From Candidatus Omnitrophota bacterium (GTDB lineage Bacteria; Omnitrophota; Gorgyraeia; Zapsychrales; JANLHA01), in the NCBI GenBank assembly GCA_029560465.1, contig JAKQKX010000016.1, positions 206,221-270,220 of the forward strand: DNA of 64,000 nucleotides. Reading direction: 5' to 3'. The position numbers were made by a program, and so were the translations under genes. The notes below the pieces were generated by a model. It did no database searches. It was given only the letters and a program-made list of their open reading frames with translations, and was not told the origin of the DNA. Positions 27,372-37,539 of the stretch are shown one piece after another (the stretch's first letter is position 1; the number at the start of each line of letters is the position of its first letter).

Positions 27372-28641
27372 TCAACGCTGTTTCTACCTTACCGCTGTAT
27401 CCCTGCCCCTTATAGGTTTTTTTGTCTACGCCACCCTGTATCATCCCGCTTTTTTTTATCTTTTAGCTTTGGACCTACTGGTCGGCCTGCTTTACCTTTT
27501 TTATATTTATCAAGATATGGCGCAACGCCGCGCCGGTGTTGAACTCCAGAAACAGGACATGACGGAGAAAGCCAACCTTTTAGACGAAGAAATGAACCAG
27601 GAATGGACCAGCATTGAATCTTACTGTAAGAAAATATTGAATTATTCCCAGCTGAAGGGGCTCACGGAAAAATTGTGCGTCAGTTTTACGCTGCAGGAAA
27701 CGTCCGCGGTCCTCTCTTCGGAAGTGAATAAGTTTTTCGGAGACAGGGACGCGACGGTGATCCTGTACCTGTTTCATTCCCGTACGGGCGAATTGGGGTT
27801 GTCGGCGTCCCAAAAAGGCGAGATGCGCATTAATGTCGAGGCCAAAAAGGGGGATTTATATGACCAGTGGGTCGTGAAGACTTTAAAACCGCTTTTGATC
27901 GAGGATATCCGGACGGATTTCCGCTTCGACGCCGATAAACTGGAGGGCGAGCGCTCCCGGGCTGTCCGTTCTTTAATGAGCGTCCCGATGTGCCTGGGGG
28001 CCAAAGCGGTCGGTATCCTTCGGGTGGACAGCACGCGGGAGAATTATTTTACGACGGAAGATGTCCGGCTGCTGAATACGATCGCGGATCTGGGGGCCAT
28101 GGCGGTTGAAAACGCCCAGTTGTACGAACGGATTGAAGATTTGGCGATCCGGGACAGCCTGACAGGGCTTTTTTTGCGGCGGCATTTTCTTGAGAGGATC
28201 GGGCAGGAGATGGCCCGGCAACTGAAGCGCCAGCAGCCGCTTTCATTCCTGATGCTGGATCTTGACGAGTTTAAACAATACAATGACCGTTACGGCCATC
28301 CGGCCGGAGACATTGTCCTTAAAACCATAGGGCAGATTCTGAGGGAGATGTTTTCATCCCCGGAGTTTTTTATCTGCCGTTACGGGGGGGAGGAGTTCGC
28401 GGTGCTGTTACCGGATTGCCCCAAGGACGAAGCGTTGGTTCTGGCGGAAAGACTCCGGGAACGGATTCAAAACCAGCCGGTTGTGCTGCGCCGGGAACGA
28501 ACCCGCGTGACAGTCTCTATCGGGGTGGCGACATTCCCCGATGACGCTCAACTCAAGGAAGATCTGGTGGCGAAGGCGGATATGGCCATGTACCGGGCTA
28601 AAGCCACGGGGCGGAACCGAGTTTGCCCCGCGGCCCCATAA
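27340..28641 (+). CDS. Membrane-anchored GAF-GGDEF diguanylate cyclase (start uncertain)
   Basis: Two N-terminal TMs, coiled coil, GAF (RSLMSVPM...FTTEDVRLL), DSLTG, intact RYGGEEF; TTG start overlaps the ATPase gene by 32 nt. Confidence 0.9.
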   Translation: MIRTLKKQLYNQRCFYLTAVSLPLIGFFVYATLYHPAFFYLLALDLLVGLLYLFYIYQDMAQRRAGVELQKQDMTEKANLLDEEMNQEWTSIESYCKKILNYSQLKGLTEKLCVSFTLQETSAVLSSEVNKFFGDRDATVILYLFHSRTGELGLSASQKGEMRINVEAKKGDLYDQWVVKTLKPLLIEDIRTDFRFDADKLEGERSRAVRSLMSVPMCLGAKAVGILRVDSTRENYFTTEDVRLLNTIADLGAMAVENAQLYERIEDLAIRDSLTGLFLRRHFLERIGQEMARQLKRQQPLSFLMLDLDEFKQYNDRYGHPAGDIVLKTIGQILREMFSSPEFFICRYGGEEFAVLLPDCPKDEALVLAERLRERIQNQPVVLRRERTRVTVSIGVATFPDDAQLKEDLVAKADMAMYRAKATGRNRVCPAAP

Positions 28642-28662
28642 ACCCGTTTTGGGATAAAAAGC

Positions 28663-29697
28663 ATGATGAATTTCACCTCGATAGAATGGCTTTCCGCGGC
28701 AGGGTATTTTGCTTGTGTTGTGTTTGTCCTCCGGCGGATGCATGTGTCTTTTCAGCATAAATGCGCCATTGATGTGCTGGAAGCCCGCCGGTATTTCAAT
28801 TCCTTGCAGCAGAAAAAGATGGAGATTGATGAAGAGAAAGTAAAATTCGCCGAGGAAGCCCAGGAGATTTTTGCCCTGTATGATATGACAAAGGAGCTGA
28901 GCAAGAATTTCAGCGAGGACGATTCGATCCGCATTTTTAAAGCCAAGTTGTCCGACAGCGTCCGTTGCGACGAATGCCGGTTTGTGCTCCCGGCCGTGGA
29001 AGAAAAGAAAACCATCCCGCAGGCACCGGAAGGGTCCGTCATCCCTTTGATCGCTCAACAGCAGCTTTTGGGGTATTTGCTCCTGAAAGGGTGCTCTTCG
29101 GAGGGGCTTGAAAAAGCGGCCATCCTGGCGCATCAATTGGCTCTGGTGGTCCGGAGGGACCGGTTATACCGGCAGGTCGAGTCCCTGGCTATCACAGACA
29201 GTTTAACCGGGGTCCACACGCGCCGGTATATTTTGGAACGGTTCCACGAAGAGCTTCTCCGGGCCCGCACCCAGAAGATTCCTATTTCGTTTCTGATGAT
29301 CGACGTGGATTATTTCAAACACTTCAATGACCAATACGGGCATTTGACCGGGGACCAAATATTGAGAAACGTGGCCACTATTATTCAGGAGAATATCCGT
29401 CAGATCGATATTATCGGCCGGTATGGGGGGGAGGAGTTTTGTGTCATCCTCCCGGAGGCGGATGGCAGTGGGGCGCAGTATGTGGCGGAACGTATGCGCC
29501 AGGCTGTGGAAAAAGCGGTGGTCAAAGCTTACGATACCAAAGTGCGGCTGACGATCAGCATTGGCATTGCCTGTTATCCAGCCGATGGAAGAAAGGTGGC
29601 GGAGCTGATAGACAAGGCGGATTGGGCGCTTTACCGGGCCAAGAAAATAGGGCGCAATAAAGTGTGTGTATTCGGGGTTTATGACGAAAAAGACTGA
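28663..29697 (+). CDS. Membrane-anchored GGDEF diguanylate cyclase with reduced GAF-like region
   Basis: One TM, coiled coil, DSLTG, RQID I-site, RYGGEEF. Confidence 0.92.
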   Translation: MMNFTSIEWLSAAGYFACVVFVLRRMHVSFQHKCAIDVLEARRYFNSLQQKKMEIDEEKVKFAEEAQEIFALYDMTKELSKNFSEDDSIRIFKAKLSDSVRCDECRFVLPAVEEKKTIPQAPEGSVIPLIAQQQLLGYLLLKGCSSEGLEKAAILAHQLALVVRRDRLYRQVESLAITDSLTGVHTRRYILERFHEELLRARTQKIPISFLMIDVDYFKHFNDQYGHLTGDQILRNVATIIQENIRQIDIIGRYGGEEFCVILPEADGSGAQYVAERMRQAVEKAVVKAYDTKVRLTISIGIACYPADGRKVAELIDKADWALYRAKKIGRNKVCVFGVYDEKD

Positions 29698-29742
29698 CGC
29701 GGGCCCACGGGCGAGACGGGTACGGCTTCCTCGCTTTTCACC

Positions 29743-29771
29743 TTGAATCCCTCCTGGAAATCGTGTAGAAT
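29743..29771 (+). promoter_or_regulatory. Putative promoter upstream of ROK kinase-lptD
   Basis: TTGAAT (29743-29748) - 17 nt - TAGAAT (29766-29771). Confidence 0.6.
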
Positions 29772-29803
29772 GAAAGCAATTTTTCTTATTATAAAATATT
29801 ATT

Positions 29804-30730
29804 ATGAATAAAATTATTATAGGCGTTGATGTCGGCGGCACAAACACGAAATGCGGCCTTGTTGACACGCGGGGACGGGTTGTGGACAGGGCCCGGATTG
29901 ATACAAGGCAGTATTTGTCAAAACAAAGTTTGTTGTTTTCGGCTATCGTGGATACGGTCTTAGGCCTTATTCAAAAATACCGCGGCGAGCGTTCTGATAT
30001 CTTGGGGGTCGGGATGGGGCTGCCGGGGTTGATTGACACGGAGAAAGGGATCGTGAGAATCTTGCCGAATATCCCCGGATGGCGCAATGTCCCGCTCCAG
30101 CGCATGATGGAAGATAGACTGGGTCTGCCGACCAGGATTGAGAATGATGTGAACCTGATTACCCTAGGGGAATGGAAGTATGGCGCTGGCATTGGTTGCC
30201 GAAATCTTGTGTGTATGACTTTGGGCACGGGCGTCGGCAGCGGCTTGATCCTGGATAACCGCCTGTATCGAGGAGAAGGCTTTGCCGCCGGAGAAATCGG
30301 GCATATGCCGCTTAAGAGGCATGGGCTTAAGTGTAATTGCGGAGGTTCCGCCTGTTTTGAACGTTACGTGGGCAATACTGTCTTGGTGAAAAAAGCCAGG
30401 AGATTGTTCCGGGACAAAACAATAACTCTGGAACAGGTTTCTTTATTGGCCGCCCGGGAAGACCCCCGGGCGGTTGCTTTCTGGCACGAAACTGCGGTTA
30501 CGGTCGGCGACGCTTTAACCGGGGTCGTCAATCTGCTGAACCCGAGGCTGATCATTATCGGGGGAGGGGTTGCGAACGCTCACCGGTTTTTATTTAAAAC
30601 AATCACGGACACGATCCGGGCCCGGGCCATGACCGTCCAGGGCGCGATGTTTGTGATCAAGAGGGCCAATTTGGGGGATGACGCCGGTCTCATCGGCGCC
30701 CGGGTACTTGTTGATAATCCGGACCTGTGA
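29804..30730 (+). CDS. ROK family sugar kinase (glucokinase-like)
   Basis: GVDVGGT, ENDVN, LGTGVGSG, GEIGH...CNCGGSACFE motifs. Confidence 0.93.
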   Translation: MNKIIIGVDVGGTNTKCGLVDTRGRVVDRARIDTRQYLSKQSLLFSAIVDTVLGLIQKYRGERSDILGVGMGLPGLIDTEKGIVRILPNIPGWRNVPLQRMMEDRLGLPTRIENDVNLITLGEWKYGAGIGCRNLVCMTLGTGVGSGLILDNRLYRGEGFAAGEIGHMPLKRHGLKCNCGGSACFERYVGNTVLVKKARRLFRDKTITLEQVSLLAAREDPRAVAFWHETAVTVGDALTGVVNLLNPRLIIIGGGVANAHRFLFKTITDTIRARAMTVQGAMFVIKRANLGDDAGLIGARVLVDNPDL

Positions 30731-30754
30731 TGGCGGCAGCGTATTATAAGGATA

Positions 30755-32899
30755 ATGTTTTCAATCCATTTTAAAATTCCGCGGACAAAAAGAAACCGGC
30801 CCCGGCTGTTCCTGTGGGGGGCGTTTTTATTGGTTCAGGGAATGTTTTTTTCCGGAGTGGCCGGGGCCGGAGGGGACATCACACCCGTCGAGATTAATGG
30901 CGACCGCGTCGAATATTTGATCCATGAGAACAAGGTTGTTGCTCAGGGGAACGTGTCTGTGAAAAAAGAGGGCGTGACGCTGCTTTGTGATTCCGTGGAG
31001 TTTTCCAACCAGTCCAGCATGGCTTATGCCGAAGGCAACGTTGTTCTAATCCGCGGCAATCAGAGATTGACTGGAGACAGCCTGAATTTTAATTTTTCGA
31101 GCATGAAGGGCGATTTTGAGGAGACAGTCATCGCCGCCGAACCTTTTTACGGGGCCGGGGAAAAAGTTTCCAGGATTGCAGAGAACCATCTGGTCCTTGA
31201 CCGCGGCTTTATTACGACCTGCGACCTGGATGACCCGCATTTTCGCTTTGTGGCCCGGAAGATTGATATTTACCCGGGGGATAAAGCTGTCGCCAGAAAC
31301 GTGCGGTTGCAGATCGGGCAGGTGCCCATCTTTTATCTTCCGAAATATACCCAGGACCTGACCGGCCGGAAACCGGCTTTTCTTGTGACTCCGGGGTATG
31401 ACAAAGACTGGGGGCCTTTTCTGTTAGGCCGGTGGCGGTATGAGTTGTCCCCGAAGGTTAAAGGGACCGTGCATGTGGATTACCGGCAAAAGAAGGATGT
31501 GGCGTGGGGCGTGGATACGGATTATAAAACGGACCGGTACGGGCACGGCCTGATCCGGACATATTACATGAACGAGCGTGACGTCAAAGCCGATTATTTT
31601 TTTGATGAACGGACCGAGCCCACTGTCGAACGGGAACGCTATAAAGTGGAGTGGCGGCATAAGTGGAACGTGGATCAGGATACGAGCGCGGTTCTGCAGT
31701 ATTATAGACTCAGTGACGCGGCTTTCCTGAAGGATTATTTCCAAAGAGAAAATGAGGCCGAGAACAATCCTTCCACCTATTTTCTTCTAAGCCGAAATTT
31801 CCCGACCGGGACATTAAGTTTCAGGACGGATGCCAGGGTCAACCGCTTTACAAGCATTGTGGAGCGGCTTCCCGAAATCAGTTATGCCCTCCCGAACCGG
31901 GAGCTTGGAAACACAGGGTTTTATTTCAAGGACACATCCACCTATTCGAACCTTTCGTTGAAACCGGCCAGCCCGTCCGAGGACGCGCTTAAAACCATGA
32001 GGGTGGACTCGGAAAACGAACTGTCTTATCCCCTGAAGGTCAGTTTTATCGAAGTCAAACCTTATGCCGGACTCCGGCAGACATATTACAGCCGCACCAA
32101 GGACCCGGCGGATTATAATTCTGTCCGGGGACTTTTTTTCACCGGCTCGGACTTGAGCACAAAATTTTATAAGATCTATGAAGCCTATATCGACCAGTGG
32201 GGGCTGGATATCAAGCGGTTACGGCACGTGGTTACTCCGTCGGTGTCTTATTTGTACCGTCATGACCCCACCCTGGAGAATGAGGCCCTCGACCAGTTTG
32301 ACAGTATCGATTCCCAGGTGCGGGCGCATTCGCTCAATTTCAACCTGGAAAACAAATTCCAGACCAAACGCCAGGGCAAAAGCGTTGATCTCGCCCGGGT
32401 GATGGTGGGGACCAATTTCCTTTTAAAAGAGGACCCGGGAAAGGGCGGCTTTAACACGGTTTCCGGGGACCTGGAGCTGATGCCGTATGACTGGTGGTCT
32501 TTGTATTTTGACGCCGGGTATGATACGATCGAGGAACATTTAAGCACCGCGAATGTCGATTTCTACATCAACGATGAAGGTGACCAGTGGTACGGGAAAT
32601 TCGGGAAACGTTTTAACCGGGAGGTGGATGACCAGCTCACCACGGAATTGGGGTGGAGAGTAAATCCTAAGTGGACGTTCAACGTGTATCACCGGTTCGA
32701 CCTTGATACGGGGGCCCTCAAGGAGCAGCAGTACGGTTTTAAGCGCGACCTTCATGCCTGGACGATGGCGTTGACGTTTAATGAAACCCGCGGGGAGGGC
32801 ACGGAAATCTGGGTTGTGATGACGATGAAAGCTTTCCCGGAGATCGGATTCGATGTGGGCACGAGTTTTAATCGCCGGAAAGCCGGTTCCCAGAATTAG
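30755..32899 (+). CDS. lptD: LPS assembly outer-membrane protein LptD
   Basis: Signal peptide, OstA-like jellyroll N-terminus, ITTCD...PHF, PIFYLP motifs, then amphipathic beta-barrel strands. Confidence 0.85.
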   Translation: MFSIHFKIPRTKRNRPRLFLWGAFLLVQGMFFSGVAGAGGDITPVEINGDRVEYLIHENKVVAQGNVSVKKEGVTLLCDSVEFSNQSSMAYAEGNVVLIRGNQRLTGDSLNFNFSSMKGDFEETVIAAEPFYGAGEKVSRIAENHLVLDRGFITTCDLDDPHFRFVARKIDIYPGDKAVARNVRLQIGQVPIFYLPKYTQDLTGRKPAFLVTPGYDKDWGPFLLGRWRYELSPKVKGTVHVDYRQKKDVAWGVDTDYKTDRYGHGLIRTYYMNERDVKADYFFDERTEPTVERERYKVEWRHKWNVDQDTSAVLQYYRLSDAAFLKDYFQRENEAENNPSTYFLLSRNFPTGTLSFRTDARVNRFTSIVERLPEISYALPNRELGNTGFYFKDTSTYSNLSLKPASPSEDALKTMRVDSENELSYPLKVSFIEVKPYAGLRQTYYSRTKDPADYNSVRGLFFTGSDLSTKFYKIYEAYIDQWGLDIKRLRHVVTPSVSYLYRHDPTLENEALDQFDSIDSQVRAHSLNFNLENKFQTKRQGKSVDLARVMVGTNFLLKEDPGKGGFNTVSGDLELMPYDWWSLYFDAGYDTIEEHLSTANVDFYINDEGDQWYGKFGKRFNREVDDQLTTELGWRVNPKWTFNVYHRFDLDTGALKEQQYGFKRDLHAWTMALTFNETRGEGTEIWVVMTMKAFPEIGFDVGTSFNRRKAGSQN

Positions 32900-32937
32900 G
32901 AACGGCCGGTGGGTGTTCTATTAAGAAAGGATTTTGT

Positions 32938-34248
32938 ATGAATATTTCAATCATTGGATGTGGTTATGTGGGGCTGGTGACGGGGGTGTGTTTGGCCTCG
33001 ATCGGGCACAGGGTTCTTTGTGTGGATAGTGACCAGGAAAAGATCAAGAAATTGAAGGCGGGCCATGTGCCGATTTACGAGCCCGGCCTGGATGCCCTTA
33101 TGCGTGAGGCGGTGAAGAAAGGTCGCTTGAGTTTTGGCGGGTCGGTCCGGGAGGCGACACAGAAGACGGACGTCATCTTTATCGCCGTGGGAACGCCGTC
33201 CAAAAAGAACGGGGAGGCGGATTTAACGTATGTTGAGAATGTCGCCCGGCAGATCGCCATGAGCATGACAGCTTATAAATTGATTATTGAAAAGTCCACC
33301 GTGCCGGCGGAAACGGGAAAGCGCATTGAACGCACGATCCGGCTGAATTTGCCTAAACGCAGTAAGACGATCCCTTTTGACGTGGCGTCCAACCCGGAAT
33401 TTTTACGGGAAGGCTCAGCAATCGAAGATTTTATGAACCCGGACCGGGTGGTGATCGGGGTCGAGTCCGCCCGGGCTGAGAAAATTTTGCGCGAAATTTA
33501 TCAGCCGCTAAACCCGCATATCGTGGTGACAAATATTAATTCCGCGGAAATCATTAAGCACGCGTCCAATTCGTTTTTAGCCACAAAAATTTCTTTCGCG
33601 AACGCTCTGGCGCAGATCTGCGACCGCGTCGGCGCGGACGTCCTGAAGGTGGCCGAGGGCATGGGGTATGATAAAAGAATTGGGAAAAGTTTTTTGAGGG
33701 CCGGAATCGGGTACGGCGGCAGTTGTTTCCCCAAAGACGTTGACGCCTTTATCCGCCTTAGCGAACGGAGCGGGTACCAGTTTAACCTTCTCAAGGAAGT
33801 CCGGCAGGTGAATGAGGAACAGAAAGCTATTTTTGTCCGGCTGATTGAGGACAAGCTGTGGATTTTGAAAGATAAAGTGATCGGCGTCCTGGGGCTGGCT
33901 TTCAAGCCGGACACGGACGACATGCGCAATGCCCCGTCCCTGGATATCATCGCCGCTTTGCAGAAAGAAGGGGCGAAAGTGAAAGCCTATGACCCACAGG
34001 CGATGGGGCAGGCCAGGAAAGTGCTTAAGAAAGTGACTTTTTGTAAAGATATTTACGCGTTAGCCAAGGGCTGTGACTGTTTGTTGTTGCTGACCGAATG
34101 GGGAGAGTTTAAGAAAATAAATTTTAAGAAAGTTAAAACGCTTATGAGGCAAGCTGTTATTTTCGATGGGAGAAATTTGTATCACGCAGACCGTTTGAAC
34201 GATTTGGGGTATGAATATTATGGCATCGGCCGGGGCGTTTCTGTTTAG
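32938..34248 (+). CDS. ugd: UDP-glucose 6-dehydrogenase
   Basis: GCGYVG, PIYEPGL, NPEFLREG, GYGGSCFPKD, FKPDTDDMR motifs. Confidence 0.93.
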   Translation: MNISIIGCGYVGLVTGVCLASIGHRVLCVDSDQEKIKKLKAGHVPIYEPGLDALMREAVKKGRLSFGGSVREATQKTDVIFIAVGTPSKKNGEADLTYVENVARQIAMSMTAYKLIIEKSTVPAETGKRIERTIRLNLPKRSKTIPFDVASNPEFLREGSAIEDFMNPDRVVIGVESARAEKILREIYQPLNPHIVVTNINSAEIIKHASNSFLATKISFANALAQICDRVGADVLKVAEGMGYDKRIGKSFLRAGIGYGGSCFPKDVDAFIRLSERSGYQFNLLKEVRQVNEEQKAIFVRLIEDKLWILKDKVIGVLGLAFKPDTDDMRNAPSLDIIAALQKEGAKVKAYDPQAMGQARKVLKKVTFCKDIYALAKGCDCLLLLTEWGEFKKINFKKVKTLMRQAVIFDGRNLYHADRLNDLGYEYYGIGRGVSV

Positions 34249-34266
34249 GAGACCGAAAGGGGAGAA

Positions 34267-35571
34267 ATGATGGCGGCTTCTTTGAAAAGAAAGATTGAAT
34301 CCCGGAAGGCGAAAATCGCTGTCTTGGGCCTGGGCTATGTGGGGCTTCCCTTGGCCGTTAATTTCGCCAAGCAAGGATATTCCGTCCACGGGCTCGATAA
34401 AGACCAGGACAGGGTTGATCATGTCCGGGAGAGGGTGAGTTATATTTCTGATATCCCGACCAAGGATGTCGCGGCTGTCGTTCAAGCCGGGCGCCTGGAT
34501 GCGGGAATGGACTTTTCCGTGATCTCGGACATGGATGTCCTGATCATTTGTGTGCCGACCCCGCTTAAAAGCAAGTACACGCCGGATATCTCGTATATTG
34601 TGGACGCCGTCAGGACCATCCGGCGTTATTTACGGAAAGGCACGCTGATTGTTTTGGAAAGCACGACCTATCCCGGCACCACCAAAGAGCTCATCCTGCC
34701 GGAGATTGAAAAATCCGGGCTGAAGAGCGGAAAAGATTTCTTCCTGGCGTTCTCTCCGGAGAGGATCGATCCCGGCAACAGCCAGTATGACGTGACAAAA
34801 ATTACCAAGGTCGTGGGCGGCGTCACGCCGGAAAGCGGGCGGCTGACGAAGGCCCTTTATGAAAAGATTATCTGTAAAGTCCATTGCGTGGCGACGGCGG
34901 AAGCGGCGGAGATGACCAAGCTCCTGGAAAACTCCTTCCGTATCATTAATATAGGATGGATTAATGAGTTGGCGATGATGTGCCACAAGTTGGGCGTCGA
35001 TATCTGGGAAGTGATTGAGGCGGCCAAGACCAAGCCTTTCGGCTTTATGCCTTTCTATCCCGGCCTGGGCGTGGGCGGACATTGTATCCCGGATGACCCG
35101 CTTTATTTATACTGGAAGGCTAAACAATACGGGTTCAGCTCGAAATATATTAAAATATCCGCAGACACGAATTCATACATGACGCAATACGCCGTTGAGC
35201 GCCTGCGTGATATTCTCGCCGGGAAAGGGAAGGATATGAAGGGGGCCCGAATTTTTATCCTGGGGGTTACGTATAAAAAAGACGTCAAGGACCTTCGCAA
35301 GTCGCCGCCGCTGAAATTGTTACAACTTTTGCAGGCGGCGGGGTGCCAGGTCGACTATCACGACCCGATGATCCCTTATCTGGATTTCCCCGGCATCCAT
35401 CTCACAGCTGTGCCGTTAACGCCCAAAACAGTTAAGGCGAGTGACTGCATCGTGATCGCGACGGACCACACAAAAGTTGATTACGCCATGGTCCGCCGCC
35501 ACGCGAGGCTGATTTTTGATATCCGTAATGTTTATAAAAATACGCCGCACACGAAGGTGATAAAACTGTAA
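34267..35571 (+). CDS. Nucleotide-sugar dehydrogenase, UDP-GlcNAc 6-dehydrogenase (WbpA/WecC-like)
   Basis: [34 protein letters not shown] motifs. Confidence 0.9.
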   Translation: MMAASLKRKIESRKAKIAVLGLGYVGLPLAVNFAKQGYSVHGLDKDQDRVDHVRERVSYISDIPTKDVAAVVQAGRLDAGMDFSVISDMDVLIICVPTPLKSKYTPDISYIVDAVRTIRRYLRKGTLIVLESTTYPGTTKELILPEIEKSGLKSGKDFFLAFSPERIDPGNSQYDVTKITKVVGGVTPESGRLTKALYEKIICKVHCVATAEAAEMTKLLENSFRIINIGWINELAMMCHKLGVDIWEVIEAAKTKPFGFMPFYPGLGVGGHCIPDDPLYLYWKAKQYGFSSKYIKISADTNSYMTQYAVERLRDILAGKGKDMKGARIFILGVTYKKDVKDLRKSPPLKLLQLLQAAGCQVDYHDPMIPYLDFPGIHLTAVPLTPKTVKASDCIVIATDHTKVDYAMVRRHARLIFDIRNVYKNTPHTKVIKL

Positions 35572-35593
35572 ATCAATAGCGAAGGAGTCTGCC

Positions 35594-36541
35594 ATGGGGT
35601 CGAGGAAGAAGGTCGCTGTCGTCACGGGAGGAGCCGGATTCTTGGGAAGTCACCTGTGTGATCGTTTGCTTAAGGAAGGTTGCCGGGTTTTCTGCGTGGA
35701 TAATTTTATTACCGGCAGCGAACAGAATATTCAGCATTTGTATGACAATAAATATTTCCGCCTCATCCGGCATGATATTTCCAAGGAGATACGGATGCCG
35801 GGGCCGGTTGATTATATCCTGCATTTTGCCTCTCCGGCGAGCCCGATTGATTATTTGTTGTTCCCTATTCCCACGTTAAAGGTGGGGTCGCTGGGGACAT
35901 ACAACACTTTGGGGCTGGCGAAATTGAAAAAGTCCCGGTATCTGTTAGCCTCGACATCAGAGGTTTACGGGGACCCGCAGGAGCACCCGCAGAAAGAAAC
36001 GTATTGGGGGCATGTCAATCCCATCGGGCCGCGCGGTGTTTATGACGAGGCTAAACGGTTCGCGGAAGCCATGACCCTGGCGTATCACCGGTACCACAGG
36101 TTGGACACGCGGATCGTGCGGATTTTTAACACCTACGGTCCGCGGATGCGGATCAAAGACGGGCGTGTTGTCCCCAATTTTATTTTTCAGGCGCTTCATC
36201 ATAAACCCCTTACGGTTTACGGGACCGGACAGCAAACCCGGTCGTTTTGTTTTTACACGGACCTTCTGGAAGGCATTGTGAGGCTTCTTGGTTCCGGCTA
36301 TACTGGCCCCGTGAATATCGGGAATCCTGAAGAGTTTACTATTTTGCAGTCGGCAAAATTGGTGTTAAAATTGTCGGGGTCAAAGTCCAAGATTGTGAAG
36401 AAACCCCTTCCCAAAGATGACCCTCAGCAGCGGCGGCCGGATATCTCATTGGCCAAACGCCTGTTGAAATGGTCACCCCGGGTTTCCTTGGAAAAGGGCC
36501 TGGCCGAAACAATAGAGTGGTTTAAACTGCAAAAAATTTGA
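35594..36541 (+). CDS. UDP-glucuronate decarboxylase (UDP-xylose synthase-like SDR)
   Basis: [42 protein letters not shown] motifs. Confidence 0.92.
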   Translation: MGSRKKVAVVTGGAGFLGSHLCDRLLKEGCRVFCVDNFITGSEQNIQHLYDNKYFRLIRHDISKEIRMPGPVDYILHFASPASPIDYLLFPIPTLKVGSLGTYNTLGLAKLKKSRYLLASTSEVYGDPQEHPQKETYWGHVNPIGPRGVYDEAKRFAEAMTLAYHRYHRLDTRIVRIFNTYGPRMRIKDGRVVPNFIFQALHHKPLTVYGTGQQTRSFCFYTDLLEGIVRLLGSGYTGPVNIGNPEEFTILQSAKLVLKLSGSKSKIVKKPLPKDDPQQRRPDISLAKRLLKWSPRVSLEKGLAETIEWFKLQKI

Positions 36542-36549
36542 TATGCGCC

Positions 36550-37536
36550 ATGAATGAAAACCATCAAAACGAGATTGGCACGGAACAGCTTTGGGACCTT
36601 TACCGGGTCATGGCTCGCATCCGCCTGGTCGAATTAAAGATCGAAGAGTTGTATCATCTGGATGACATGAAAACACCCATTCATCTCTCCTTGGGAGAGG
36701 AGGCCGTTGCGGCGGGCGTGTGTGCCCATTTACGTTTGGATGATTTTGTCTTTAGCAATCATCGCAGTCACGCGCATTATCTGGCCAAAGGCGGCGACCT
36801 TAAAGCCATGATCGCCGAGTTGTATTGTAAAGAAACCGGTTGCGCCAAAGGCCGTGGCGGATCCATGCATTTGATTGACACGGCCGTCGGCCATCTGGGG
36901 TCTTCCGCGATCGTGGGCGGGAGCATCCCTCACGCGGTGGGGGCGGCGTTGGCGTTTGTGATGCAAAACAAAACGGCTGTTGCTGTCTCCTTTTTCGGGG
37001 ACGCAGCCAGCGAGGAGGGGGTTTTCTTCGAAAGCATGAGCCTAGCGGCGCTGAAGCGCCTGCCAGTCGTTTTTGTCTGTGAAAATAATTTCTATTCCGT
37101 GTGTTCGCATATTTCCGCGCGCCAGCCGAATCCGGATATCGCCATGCGTGCGCGGGCTTTTGATATCCCTTCTGTGAAAGTTGACGGGATGGATGTGGGG
37201 CAAGTTTTTATGAAAGCAGGAGACGCTATTCATCACGCCCGTCAGGGGCGCGGGCCGTATCTTTTGGAATGCCGTGCTCAGCGCTGGCGCGCGCACGCGG
37301 GTTCCGGTGACCCGCTCCGGGAAAAATACCGCAAGCCGGAAGATTTAGAACCGGATTGGATGCGAGATCCTTTGTCCGAATTGGAACAGGTTTTGCGTTC
37401 CCGGCGGGGTATAGGGGAGCAGACGATTCGTGATATAACCGGAACATTGAATGCGGAAATTGACGAAGCGTTCTATGCGGCTCAATCCGGCCCGCTTCCC
37501 CGGAAAGAAGACCTTAAAAAATATCTATTCGCGTGA
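36550..37536 (+). CDS. ThDP-dependent dehydrogenase E1 alpha-like subunit
   Basis: HRSHAH, GRGGSMH, ThDP motif GDAA...CENN; ATG 36550 (alternative TTG 36538). Confidence 0.92.
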   Translation: MNENHQNEIGTEQLWDLYRVMARIRLVELKIEELYHLDDMKTPIHLSLGEEAVAAGVCAHLRLDDFVFSNHRSHAHYLAKGGDLKAMIAELYCKETGCAKGRGGSMHLIDTAVGHLGSSAIVGGSIPHAVGAALAFVMQNKTAVAVSFFGDAASEEGVFFESMSLAALKRLPVVFVCENNFYSVCSHISARQPNPDIAMRARAFDIPSVKVDGMDVGQVFMKAGDAIHHARQGRGPYLLECRAQRWRAHAGSGDPLREKYRKPEDLEPDWMRDPLSELEQVLRSRRGIGEQTIRDITGTLNAEIDEAFYAAQSGPLPRKEDLKKYLFA

Positions 37537-37539
37537 ACT

